DNA of 63,994 nucleotides, filler included, from Bonamia ostreae (Eukaryota): NCBI GenBank assembly GCA_040357525.1. It is 8 parts of 8 records of this genome, joined end to end, with 100 filler letters (N's around TTAATTAATTAA, not from the genome) between each part and the next. Parts side by side here need not be neighbours in the genome. Positions count along the whole stretch, not along the records: positions 48,838 to 56,750 come from JBDODL010000068.1; positions 56,851 to 63,994 come from JBDODL010000093.1; 6 more parts are not named here. One strand, 5' to 3'. Shown piece by piece: positions 51,007 to 62,609 of this stretch (position 1 is its first letter; each line of letters starts with the position of its first letter). The notes under the pieces were generated by a model. It saw only the letters and a program-made list of their open reading frames with translations, ran no database searches and was not told where the DNA came from. The position numbers and the translations under genes were made by a program.

Positions 51007-52340
51007 TCAAAAAGGTTTCATATCTCTACAAGTCTTCAGACGAGAATCCGTTACACTAAAATATTCCAAATACCTTTCATAGAAACCTATTCTATCATTT
51101 TCTTTTTCGTTGTTACCTTTCCCGCATTCAAGCCCACCATTTATTATATTCGTCAACAATCCAAATCCGATCGTTCGACCTTCGAAATCAGAAGATATGA
51201 CGTTTCCATGAATGACGTCATGACATGAAGGTTTTGAATACACAGGACGCGTCCAAAACCAAATAGCTGCTTCAAAGGCCAAAGCTCCATCACTTTCTAA
51301 CAATTCAGGAGTCGACAATAATCGATTATCACCAAAATATTCTTGACTAAATAAGCCATAATTGTAATTCCAACTGAGCATAATCGGCCCTCTTCCATAA
51401 TAAGCTTTTCCGGGGGAACATTTGCAATCGTAATCATTTGCTTTACACTCATCGAATGCTGTGCTGTCACAATAGTTATAGCCTGGATTGATTTCTCTAT
51501 AGAAACAGTACCCCCAGAAAAAACGTGGTGGAATAGCAGTATTCCATCCGCCTGTTGTTTCATGGCTGGTTTGCGCAAGAAAAGCAGCAAGTTCGAGGCG
51601 ATTTTTATTCATATCGTTCGATTTTAAAAATCGAGAGTTTCTACTCCATTGTTGCTCGACTGCTCTAACGAAACTAGCGTGTGTAAGCAAATTCGAGGCA
51701 TTGCAGTTATCGACTCCTTGTTGCGGAAAAAGTTCTGCCCACATTTCCGCGGATATCAGAGAATTAATATCATAACTGTTTTCATTTATGGTATCCTTGT
51801 TTTCTGTTTCATTGTTTGTATCTGCATCTTCTACTTTATATTCTGTCTCAATATTTATATCTTTTGACTTCTCTTCGCAACATAATTCTTCTTCCAATTT
51901 AGATCTGTCCTTGTTAATTAAACACTGATGATTCGGATGTTTTTCCTGTAGTTGAGAGCCATTCTCTCCATTATCGCATTTGGGAGTATAAGAACAGTCA
52001 CAAAGACGACAAAAAGCAAAATCTTTCTCTTCTTCACAAACAGTACATGTCTGTGAAGTAACTTCAATTTCGCTGATAGATGTACAATGATGCACAAATT
52101 GGCATTTGCATCGTCTAGCACAATCTTCGACAAAATTTTGTGGGCAACAATCACAGAATTTAGTGTTTTCTCCAGAAGCTTCACGTGGAAAGCATTCGAA
52201 TGCTGTTTTTATGTGTTGAAGTAGTACAAAAAAAACAGTTAATCTTTTCTAATTTAATGTATTTCATTTAATTTTCTAAATCAAAGGTTAAAAAATTATT
52301 ACCTAGAGCAAATATTTGGATAAAAAACTTTAAAAGACAT
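51007..52340 (-). CDS. Secreted GH19 chitinase with Cys-rich N-terminal region; one 5' intron
   Basis: ELAAFLAQTSHETTGGW, WGYCF..E, YYGRGPIMLSWNYNYG, AIWFW, KPSCHDVI, GFG..TNIINGGLECG, DRIGFY.RY. Confidence 0.95.
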
Positions 52341-52489
52341 TTTTATTCTTTTATTTTTAATTAAAAACTTTGGATGGTCTTCCATGGATAAACATATAAT
52401 TTTTTATATCATCCTCAAGATTTGTTAAAACAGTGTTATAAAAGTACAATTTTTAGTTCAAAAATAAAGTTTTTTGTAGAATATTTTTG

Positions 52490-52745
52490 ATAATAAATAT
52501 CCTTATGAGTGGAATATCGGTGGATAGTACCTATTCCAAAAGATACTAGATGAAAATATTAGAAAAAATATTCAGTAATAGATTAAATGAATCGACTTCG
52601 AGAGATGGAATAGTTTTCAAAATTATTCGGACGAGAAATTATGGCAAATAAACTTGGAAGATGCATATGTTAGAATCCTGGTGTTGTTGTTTTTAAACTG
52701 ATATCAAGACGGGAGACGCATGTTTACCCGAACTACTAATTCGAC
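52490..52745 (+). mobile_element. Heavily deleted LINE reverse-transcriptase relic
   Basis: Fragments P.EW, IVPIPK, MKILEKIFSNRL and GD..LP.LL appear in the expected order with stops and frameshifts. Confidence 0.5.
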
Positions 52746-52887
52746 CCTAAAACATTTTAAAACATTGAATAGGTGGCTGTTCAAGGAGAGAAACATTTTA
52801 AGACTTAAAAATCATTTATTTCTAATTTTATTTCGATCCTTTATTTTATAACAAGCGATTAACATTATTTTTTAATAATATACAATA

Positions 52888-53881
52888 ATGAAGCAAATTC
52901 CCAAAAAGATCGGGCTGCCCGAGACTTGCATTTTAGTACAAAATTTTTTACGGACTTATGGATTCAGAAAATCCGCCGAAATGTTTAGTGAAGAGAGCTT
53001 AAGTCACCAAAACAAAGTCGTTTACAAAAAGGTTCCAAATTAGTCAATTTAAAAAGGAAAAGAAAGTGAAAGATTTGATTGATATAATCAACCATTATCT
53101 CTGCATTAACGTACAAGAAGACGTTAAGACCGAAATAAAGAACTTGACTCAAAAGTTGCAATTTCTATTGCACAACTATTCAAGTTTCCGATATTCGCAC
53201 AAAGATTCGGCTAATCTAGAAAACTTTGCAATTTCAAACAAAAACGCTGAAAACAATGAAGAAAATGTTCATTTTTGCTTTTAATTAACGTTTACAAATT
53301 TTGCTGCAAAAATTAGTCAAAGAAGGATCTCAAAATCAAAAAACGACGAAAAACAACTTCTCCCAAAAAAAGGCATTTAAAACAAAACGCAAAAGATCAC
53401 ATCAAAAGTTCATTGTTAGACAGAATGATAACAAATGAAGATTTTGCCGTTGGTTTGGCTGATGCAATAAACAAAACAAAATTCGAAAATACTTTAGACG
53501 ACGAAAACCCCATTGATTTCGACAACTTGTCATTTAGTCAAGTTATCTTTTAAAATTCTGAAATTTAGGATTATTACGGAAAAGTCTTTAATGCGATGAC
53601 CGAGGACCAAAGAATCCAAAAAACGCTCGGAGGAATCGTGAACGTTACCTCAAAAGGTAAATTTTGCTAAATGTCACTCTTTAGATTCCGTCGATTTTTC
53701 CAATTTTTTGCGTGAAAATTCGAAAACGGCGGAAAAAGATAAAAACAGCGAAAAAGAAAATTTGCAGAAAAAATTTGAAATTAAAAGTTTGGACAAAAAC
53801 AAAGTTCGCAATCTTTTCAATGGAAATCCAAAAGAAATCGCCAAAATTATCAGAAAAAAATTTGAAGTAAATCCATTTTAG
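52888..53881 (+). CDS. LisH-domain protein, NPAT-like, multi-exon
   Basis: LPETCILVQNFLRTYGFRKSAEMFSEES (LisH), L.DI+N.Y, F...LADAINK. Confidence 0.6.
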
Positions 53882-53985
53882 TCCTTTTTCTAGACGACAT
53901 AATTGTTTATTTTTGACTAAGTGGTAAAATTATGATGATTTTACTGTTTAAAAAATTATTGAATTTTTTTTATTTTAAAAATAAA

Positions 53986-54381
53986 TCAAAATTTACTAAA
54001 CAAAACAATAAAGCCGTAGACAACACATGTGACAGTAACCATAAACAACAAAAACGCTCCAAACAAAACTAGCCATAAAGTTCTCCAATAATTCGGGCCG
54101 CACCAAATCGTCTCAAAATTCAGTTTCTCATCTTCAAATCCGCCATACTCTCCGTTAGTCCCGCAAACCATAAAAAAAGCTTTTGTCAATCTATTTCCGT
54201 AATAATACACGTCTTTTTTCCCTTCACAAACAACTTTTACTTTTATTTCGGAACCGACAAAATTGTTCTCTTCTTGATACACAATTTGGATGTTTTCTTT
54301 AAAAGTCGTTGGGATAGAACATTCCATTGATTCGATATTGTTTGAAATTGTAAATGCGAGAAGGGACATTAATAATATCAT
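53986..54381 (-). CDS. Small type-I membrane protein, paralog A
   Basis: Signal peptide, 4-Cys ectodomain, TM helix; aligns with 54791-55252. Confidence 0.75.
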   Translation of the reverse strand: MILLMSLLAFTISNNIESMECSIPTTFKENIQIVYQEENNFVGSEIKVKVVCEGKKDVYYYGNRLTKAFFMVCGTNGEYGGFEDEKLNFETIWCGPNYWRTLWLVLFGAFLLFMVTVTCVVYGFIVLFSKF

Positions 54382-54790
54382 TTTTATTTTTCTTATGTTT
54401 TAATGTAATGTGCATGGATGCTTGCAATCTAAGATTTTCATGCTTTGCATGTTTTTTAATGTTTTGGCAATTTTTTTATTTGAACAAATTTTAGTTATCT
54501 GCTTAACTTTTGCAAGTTTCAACGTTTTTGTTTTAGATTTACACATTAAAATGATAAATTGGTTTAAAATTTTTAATATTTGATTTATTGTTACAAATTT
54601 TTTATTGAGTTCAAAAAGGCAACAAAGATATCTTTAATAATAATGATCCACAATTACTCTTTTGGGTTTTCCATATTCACCAGGATCGTAGACATGGTAA
54701 ACATGTTCGTGTCTGCAATTCTTTTAATTTTTAATTAGAAGATTAATAAATATTTGTGTAACAAGCACTTCAATGGTGTGTTTTATTATA

Positions 54791-55252
54791 TTAAACCAAA
54801 GGAGAGTTCTTCATGCACTTAAAATACCGAACACAACAATTTTTCGATATGCAGAAATCAGCTATAAAAGGTGAAGCGAAAACGCATATGGTACAAGAGA
54901 CGACAACAAAGCTAATAAAGACTATTGAAGCCACCATTACAATCCACCTTACATAGTTCGGACCGCATTTTATCGTCCCAAAATTCAGATTATTATCTAA
55001 CATCCCGTGATAGCGATGATCTTGACCACAGACCATGAAAAAGGTGTCGGGCAACACGTGATTAAGATAATAAACGTTTTTGTCCCCTTCGCAATTTACT
55101 TTTATTTTAATTTGGCTTCCTGGTTCGCTTTCAATGTCTTGATACAGAATTTGGTATTTTGGACCGGATGGGAGAAGACATCCTGTAATGGTATTTAGTA
55201 GAGTTATTAGAATTAGTATTGTTGATTCATTTTTTGTTGTGAATACTAGCAT
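54791..55252 (-). CDS. Small type-I membrane protein, paralog B
   Basis: Shares YQ..GS.IK.KV.CEG.K.VYY..FFMVCG..Y.G..LNF.TI.CGPNY.R with paralog A. Confidence 0.75.
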   Translation of the reverse strand: MLVFTTKNESTILILITLLNTITGCLLPSGPKYQILYQDIESEPGSQIKIKVNCEGDKNVYYLNHVLPDTFFMVCGQDHRYHGMLDNNLNFGTIKCGPNYVRWIVMVASIVFISFVVVSCTICVFASPFIADFCISKNCCVRYFKCMKNSPLV

Positions 55253-55337
55253 TGTTTTGTTAAAATTATTTTTGAATTTGCATGGTCAACAAATTTAACA
55301 GATTGGCCAAATAAATAAAAATTTTACATTTTTAATT

Positions 55338-56750
55338 TTAATCTCTCTCATTGACAAAATGTCGAATGAGACTAGAAACTGATTTGCTCATCCCAGCAAA
55401 ATCCGTTTCCTCTCCAAATTTGAGCTTCGCCATTTTCTCTCTCACATTTTTGCACAGATCCTTCAATTGAGTGAAATAACTTTTCCCAACTGTACTCCAA
55501 ATTGGTCGAAACTGTTAATGTCCAGTAAAAATCCTTGCGCCGCAATTCTGTGCTCGTACAACGATATTAATTGGCCGATCGAATAAGGACTCTGATTCCT
55601 AAATAATAACGACAACGACGGTCTGTTTCCATCGAACTTTTTGTGTTGCCATTTCGATTCTTTTCCCAAAGCTAAAGCATCCGCCTTATTTTAAAAATTG
55701 ATTGACTAAAAAATCTGATTGTTTCTATAAAATTATTTGTTGAAAATTCAGATTCGACAATTTTTAATTTTCTAAAAATCAAAATTTGACAAAATTCGTA
55801 ATGCGAGAAACTTGTGCAAAGAAGTTGCACATCAGCTCTTCGTGACTACTCACATCTTTTTTGCTCAAATTGACATCAGCGCAACAATTACAGAAACCGA
55901 TCAAATCGATTGGTACCACTCTTCCCTGGTGCAAAAGTTGGAAAAAAGAGTGCTGTGCGTTTGTGCCCGGTTCCCCAAACACAATTTCACCCGTTTCCAA
56001 AATATTTTTAGAATCTAATGTTGTGTTCTTTCCATTGCTCTTTCGAAATTTAACGATTTGACGTTGAATATTTAAATGTTTATTGAACATGTTAATTATT
56101 GAACATGTCAATTATTGAACATGATCAAAATTTTAAATTTCCTAATTAAAAGTCATCAAAACTTCCATGTCCACTTGTTGAATATGAGCAGGAAATCTTT
56201 TTAGCGCTTCTGAATACGGAATAATGGCGTGCGCAGAGTATTTGAGGTACGCAGAGTTCCAGAAGCCGATCAAAGCCATTAGAACGGGAATGTTTTTGTC
56301 GAAACTTGTATTTTTGAAGTGCAAGTCCATGCTGCGCGCACCGCGCAAAAATTCCAGAATATGATCAAACCCGAAAGCGATCGAAAGGGGGAGAACTCCG
56401 ACAGCACTAGTGACGCTGAAACGGCCTCCGACCCATTCCCACATCGAAATGACATGTTCCGTTGGTATTCCAAAATCAGCACATTTCCCCAAATTTGATG
56501 AAACGGCGAATAAATGTTTGCGCAAATCCTGTTTGTCTAATTTTTGATAGTTTCAAAATATTAAACTTGTCGATTGCTTAAACCAATTTTTGATGATTTT
56601 GGCGTTGCGCATTGTTTCGCTCGTTGTGAAAGTTTTCGAAACAATGATCGCAATTGTGTTATTGGCGTCAATATCTTTCACGGCCATTTTGAACGCCAAA
56701 GGATCGACGTTGGCCAGAAATTTTATTTTTATTCTTTCTGTCTTTTCTTT
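55338..56750 (-). CDS. GPI: Glucose-6-phosphate isomerase (cytosolic type), 3' part; last intron 55480-55461 (20 nt)
   Basis: [76 protein letters not shown]. Confidence 0.97.
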
Positions 56751-57074
56751 NNNNNNNNNNNNNNNNNNNNNNNNNNNNNNNNNNNNNNNNNNNNTTAATT
56801 AATTAANNNNNNNNNNNNNNNNNNNNNNNNNNNNNNNNNNNNNNNNNNNNTCGCTGCATCAAAATTTGATGGAGATTTATCAAATTTATCAAAATTTTAG
56901 ACGATTTGCCGTTTTAAAGTTTTATCCAAAATTTTTAATTTGTAATGAGAAAACGGCAAAATCAGCCATTTTGTCCATGTTTTGCTGATTCTGACCACTT
57001 TCGATTTTATTCAAATCCGTTAAAAAGGTTCGAAGATCGGCCATGTGAAAACTGGCTAATTTTAATATTGCTTA

Positions 57075-58755
57075 ATGTTTAAATGGACATATCGTTCGTT
57101 CGTCGTTGTGAGCGGCTCAGTTATAGCGTCGTCGTACACAGCATATCGTCTGAAACACAACCAAACTTTGAGAAGGAACTTGTATTTCTGGCGGAAAGCT
57201 CTGCCCATCTTATTTCATTACAGATTCAAAGAACTAAAAGTAATTTAATCGATCCAAAGTTTAAATATTGGAACAAAAATGCAAACGAGGAAGAGATAGA
57301 AAGAGAGTTTGGAGTGCTCCACAGAAAGTATTCGAACAGAATTTACAACATTGCGTGCGATTTGCGGGGATTCTATGTCAAAGTCGGGCAAATCGCTGCC
57401 CAGAGATTGGATACCATCCCTCTTCTGTGGGCCGAGAAACTTTGGTTTAGAATTAATATCAAGCAAACTTGAAGACCAGCTGCGATGCAAGGACATGGAA
57501 GAGATATCGAAGGTCATCGAAGAAAACTTTGGACGGCCGTTGGACGCCATTTTTTCCCAGTTTGACGAAAATCCACTCGGGTCTGCGTCGATCGGACAAG
57601 TTTCTCCAAAACCTCAAAATTTCTTGTAGGTTCACAAAGCTGTCTTGAGAGAATCGAATCAGACGGTGGCAGTAAAAGTGCTCCACAGAGACGCCAAAGG
57701 CTTCTTCAGAGCAGATCTGGCCACTCTCGAAAAATTTACGAAAATAGCCCAAAAGCAGTTGCTGCCGTTTGTGAAGCAATGGCGCAAGCTCTTCGAGGAA
57801 GAGTTCGATTGTAGAAAGGAGGCTCAGAAGATGGAGGAAATCGGGCGCAATTTGGAGCATTGGAAAAGATACGTCAAAGTGCCCCGCGTTTTTTCGGATT
57901 ACTGCACCGAAGAAGTGCTGGTAATGGAATATCTGGAAGGCAACAAGCTGTCAGACTCGCTAAGCGACATTGTTCGCGAACTAAGGCGAATGAAAGACGA
58001 ACGAAGCGAACTCTCTTCGTACGTCAAGACCAGAAACCGATTCGCGGCCGTTTCCTCCGCGGCCGCTGTCGAGAAAATAGAATCAGCAGTTCTAACAGTG
58101 ATCGAACTTTTGGTCAAAGCCATTAATCGAATGAGTTTCGGCTTTTTCAAACGAAAGTATTTTAACCCATTTTACATATATTTCTACAATTGCAACAATC
58201 AAAAGCTTTTTGGAAGAACCGCATCTTGTCCGCATCAACAGATTGCGGAAACTTGTGAAGACGTTGGTAGAAGTGCACGGGCGCACTTTGTTTATCGACG
58301 GAATCTACAATCCGGACCCCCACGGCGGCAACGTCTTGATTCTGGAGGACGGGAAACTTGGACTGATAGATTACGGTCAAGCCGCGAGAGTAGACTTGGA
58401 TTTTAGGAGGAAACTGGCAAGTCTGTTGGTGGCGATCGACAGAGGCGATTGGGACAACGTGGAGAAGTACAATGCCGAGATCGGATTCAGAACAGAAAAA
58501 AGGAGTCCGAAGATTCTCAGAGAGTCCGCGCGATTGTTTTTTGGAGACGGGAAAACAGGGAAAGTGGCTTTCCCGCAATATTTGGAGAGCCTGTTCAAAG
58601 GCGATCCGTTGTTGGACTATCCGGCGGATCTCTTTATGGCCGGCAAACTGGCCATAATACTTCGAGGAATATCGCTTTGTCTTTGGGGAGAGGTCTCGAT
58701 GGCGCACAGCTGGAGACCGGCGGCGGAAGAGTTTCTCAGAAAGAACCAAAATTAA
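57075..58755 (+). CDS. ABC1/UbiB (ADCK) atypical kinase; introns 57240-57259, 57445-57463, 57600-57629, about 58157-58205
   Basis: GFYVKVGQ, L.D, F..FD..PLGSASIGQ|VH.A, VAVKV, E.D...EA, VLVMEYL.G, DPHGGN, LIDYG. Confidence 0.93.
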
Positions 58756-58761
58756 TTAAAT

Positions 58762-59926
58762 TTAGTCGTCATTTTTGAGGCTGACCACAGTGCAAATGAT
58801 CCCGATGAATGTGGCTGACAACAAAATCATCCCTTCGCCTATGAACAGCGTAAGTATTTCCTGTATTGCGTTGTTTTGCAGTAAAACAAAAAAATTTGTG
58901 CCTTTAACGAAATCGGATTTAAACTTTTTGTGTCTTTTAAGAATAAACATTTTGAGAACAAAACTATTATAAAACGTCGATTAAAAAAATCTTGAAAATA
59001 TTCAAAATGTCTTTTAATTAAAATTTGATAAAACGTCATTTAATTTGAAAAAATGTGGTTTAATCTAATATCTAAACTAAACTTTGATATGAAAAATTTG
59101 CGCTTTTAACGATATTGATTTAAAATTGTTTGTAGTTTTTTAATAATCGTCAAAAATGCATTTTTTTTAAGTTTGCTGAAATTTGGTTTAAAAATCTTGA
59201 AAATTTTTAAAATGCATTTTAAAACATTTTTCGTTTAACTAAAACGGTTTCGTTTAAATTGATTAAATGTCGTTATATCTAAAATTTGATAAAATGTCGT
59301 TTAAACTAAAATAGTTTGATTGCTTAAAAAAGTTTAAANNNNNNNNNNNNNNNNNNNNNNNNNNNNNNNNNNNNNNNNNNNNNNNNNNNNNNNNNNNNNN
59401 NNNNNNNNNNNNNNNNNNNNNNNNNNNNNNNNNNNNNNATTTGATAAAATGTCGTTTAAACTAAAATAGTTTGATTGCTTAAAAAAGTTTAAATCTTATT
59501 TACATAAAATACAGTAAATTTTTAAATTTTGTAAATTCAGTTATTAAGATTTGTCTCTTGAAAACCGAGGAATGAAATGAGAAAAGAATGCAACAACACG
59601 ACCCACATCCCGACGATACATGTTTCGAATTGTGACAAATTCAGGTTGGAGTAACTTGTGATTGCAAATGAATTGATCAATAACAGTGTACCTATGTACA
59701 ATGGCACAAGATTGATCTCGTCGCTAGATGCAATCGATTTCACATGACAAACGAAAAATAAGCCGAACCCGACCAATTGCAACACGCAAAATATCATTAT
59801 CGCAAAAACGCGTTTTTTCATTAACCGACGGCTCTTTTTAAAGCGAAATTTATTTTTTCGAATCAAAAAGAGCCGAAACAGTCAAAACCACACAATATTT
59901 TTGTGTGAGCCAATATAAGTTTCCAT
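58762..59926 (-). CDS. Hypothetical four-TM membrane protein (start and exon structure uncertain)
   Basis: Hydrophobic ORF 59866-59537 plus a terminal TM exon at 58870-58762. Confidence 0.45.
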
Positions 59927-59981
59927 TTTATGCTTATAATAATGGAAAGTCCATCATTGGATTTACTATTACCGTTCATGT

Positions 59982-62366
59982 CTAGAAGATCAAAGCCATC
60001 GCCAAAATAGACAATAAAGCCATTTTCGAAAAAGCGCTTGACGCAGCTAAATTATAGAAAAAAAAACAATTTGATACTGTCTTCTTTTTAGCTACCTTCG
60101 GTTTGCTAACAGGCGCCAAGTCTTTTTTGGTTCCGCTCATCGTTTTGTCTTTACTTGGATTCCCCAATTTTTTGTTAGTATTTTCTGTAGCTTCTGATTG
60201 AGCTTTAATTTGGCTTTCTATTTTTATTAATTTGAACAAGTTGAAACTTGGCAAACAGACCGGCACTTGCCATTCTCCTTCTTCACATTTAAGATTCAAT
60301 GATTTGACTAAATTGCCCTTTTCCAAAACGAAGAACATATCGTTGCAAACCAATTTGTACATTTGTCTATTCGAAGTCTTCACTATTCTCCCATTTTGCG
60401 CTGGAGGACATCTTTTCGGACATTCTTAAATTTTTAGAAATCATTTTTAAAGATCATTTTCAAATAATTTTTTAGTTCAAAATTTTTAGTTCAAAATTTT
60501 TAGTTCTAATATTTTAGTTCAAATTTTTAGTTCAAAATTTTTTAGTACAAAATTTTTTAGTACAAATTTTTAGTTCAAATTTTTGAGTTCAAAATTTTTT
60601 AGTTCAATTTTTTAGTTTCAAATTTTTTATTTAGTTCAAACCCGATTTCATTTTCTTCGCTTGGCAAATGCTTTGAACTTTCTTCGCATTACAAATTTTC
60701 TTCGCTGCACATTGCCTATTTAGCGCAACAACATTATTCTTGGCGGTTTCGCAAGCGGAAACCTTCTTCCCAGAGCACTGAACTTCCTTTTGAATGGCGC
60801 ACGGACTGATTTTGGTTTGGGCGCAGCTGACTTCCCTGGTTGTTTGCGGGTCGATACAAAAGGGCTGTTGCCACTGTCCGTTCAAGCACTCGATCACGCC
60901 TTCTTCGACGGGGCATTCTTCGGTGTTTGTGGGCGACGCGGTGAGATGTTCCGAGCATGAGAACGAACATCTCTCGCCGTGAGCAGCTTGTTCAACGCAA
61001 CCGTTTCCGGTGAATTTGCCGTGTTCCAGATATGGCAGTCCGCAGCAACTTTTGCCGAATCCGGCAATGGCAACTCTCGGTCTCCCGCTGCATCGCAGAG
61101 AATGGAAGTCGAATGGAAAGTACCTTTCAATATCGCTTCTTAGTTGCTGCCACGTTCCTTCGATGCAGTGAATGGTCACTTGCGACAGGTACAGATTTTC
61201 GAAAGGGGCTGTGGAGCAGATTAGATGGCACACTTTTCCGCTATGGATTTGTCGCGTCAAATCGCATCCTCTTGTAATTATATTGGTGTTCGATAAGTCG
61301 AGCGAAGGGCATTTTTCTAACATTTTTTAAAATTTGTCGATTTTGGTGAACAATTAAATTTTTGAAGAACAATTGATTTTTTAAGAACAATTAATTTTTT
61401 TAAGAACAATTAAATTTTCAAGAACAATTAAATTTTTAAGAACAATTAATTTTTTTATTAACAATTAATTTTGTTGAAGAACAATTAATTTTTTTAAGAA
61501 CAATTAATTTTTTGAAGAACAATTAAAAATTATTTTTTAAAACTTGCGCACGTAAGCTTCTCCCGTAAAAAGACTATTCTTCCTTTAACGATATGGGTCC
61601 ACTTACCATTAATACAAGTCAAATCGATACTGATCTTGTCGAATCCATTGATCAAGCTTTCCGGGCACCAAACCGAACAAATAAAGCGATTATTGACAGT
61701 TTTGCAGGCGTGATTCAATTCGATGTCGGGGCATTTCGAATAAGAAGGGAGACTGATCGGAAGCTTTTCCGCGACGTAATCGCTAATGCACTCGATTTTG
61801 TAGTCCAAAATTGTGTTTGGGATGATCGCCCATTGTCCGTTATTGCAAATAAGGTCGATTTCGCGTTTTTGCGTTTGTTTTATAATGCCGTTGATACACG
61901 TAACAGTGCACTTTTTTCCGTCTTGCTGTTTTAGATTGTTCTCACAGTTCCCGAGAATGTTGAGGTCCCCGACAGAACTCAGCGGTGGGCAAACACCTTT
62001 TTAAATAAGATTCGCTGTTATTTTCCATTTTACAAATTTGAAAATTAACGGCGAAAATTTTTGCGACTTAAAACTTTTGCAATTCAGGAAAGGTTTGTCC
62101 AGCAAAAATTTATTGTTGTTGTCTCTTACGTTGTTGTCCCATCCATTAGCAGTGCACAAACTTCGCAAGCTGCCGATAAAAGTGTTACTGAAGAACGAAG
62201 AAACATCTCTGCAATAAAACGAACAAGATGTTCCCACAGAAGCCTTTTCGCCACTGCATCCCGAGATTACGACGTTGTCCGTCTTGGCCGGATAAGTGCA
62301 GTGAGTGACAGGAAACGAAGCAGTGGACATCGTGGAAAATGTCAAAATCAAAAGAATTAAAAAATC
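59982..62366 (-). CDS. Secreted, probably GPI-anchored protein with about 6 sushi/CCP-like modules; first exon probably in or beyond the small gap
   Basis: Repeated C-P..G..C.(F)SC...(L/I).C..G.W..P.C pattern; hydrophobic tail SSAFSKMALLSILAMALIF*. Confidence 0.8.
60466..60640. repeat. Intronic tandem repeat (TTTTAGTTCAAA)n, about 13-bp unit
   Basis: Directly visible. Confidence 0.9.
61347..61530. repeat. Intronic tandem repeat (AAGAACAATTAATTTTT)n, about 18-20-bp unit
   Basis: Directly visible. Confidence 0.9.
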
Positions 62367-62609
62367 TTAAATGTAACACTTAATTAATATCAATCNNNNN
62401 NNNNNTGCTTTTAAATGTTTTTTGTTTTTGTTTTGTCTATTTGAGACAATTAATGTCGACTTGAATGTTTTGTAATTTGCGTTTTGTTGCTTCGAATTTA
62501 CAAAACGTGTTTCCGCAAATTTGAAAACGCGTTTCAATTTTTGTGGTTTTAATATAAATTCTTTTTTATTTTATTGCTACAATTTTCACAAAATTTCAAA
62601 TTTGTTCAA

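Noticed and set aside
1131-58755. Genome-wide stop-codon reassignment or frameshifting to explain fragmented ORFs
   Set aside because: In the conserved genes I reconstructed, breaks are resolved by GT-AG introns, and TAA, TAG and TGA all end conserved proteins. Only the single CYB5R TGA remains unexplained.
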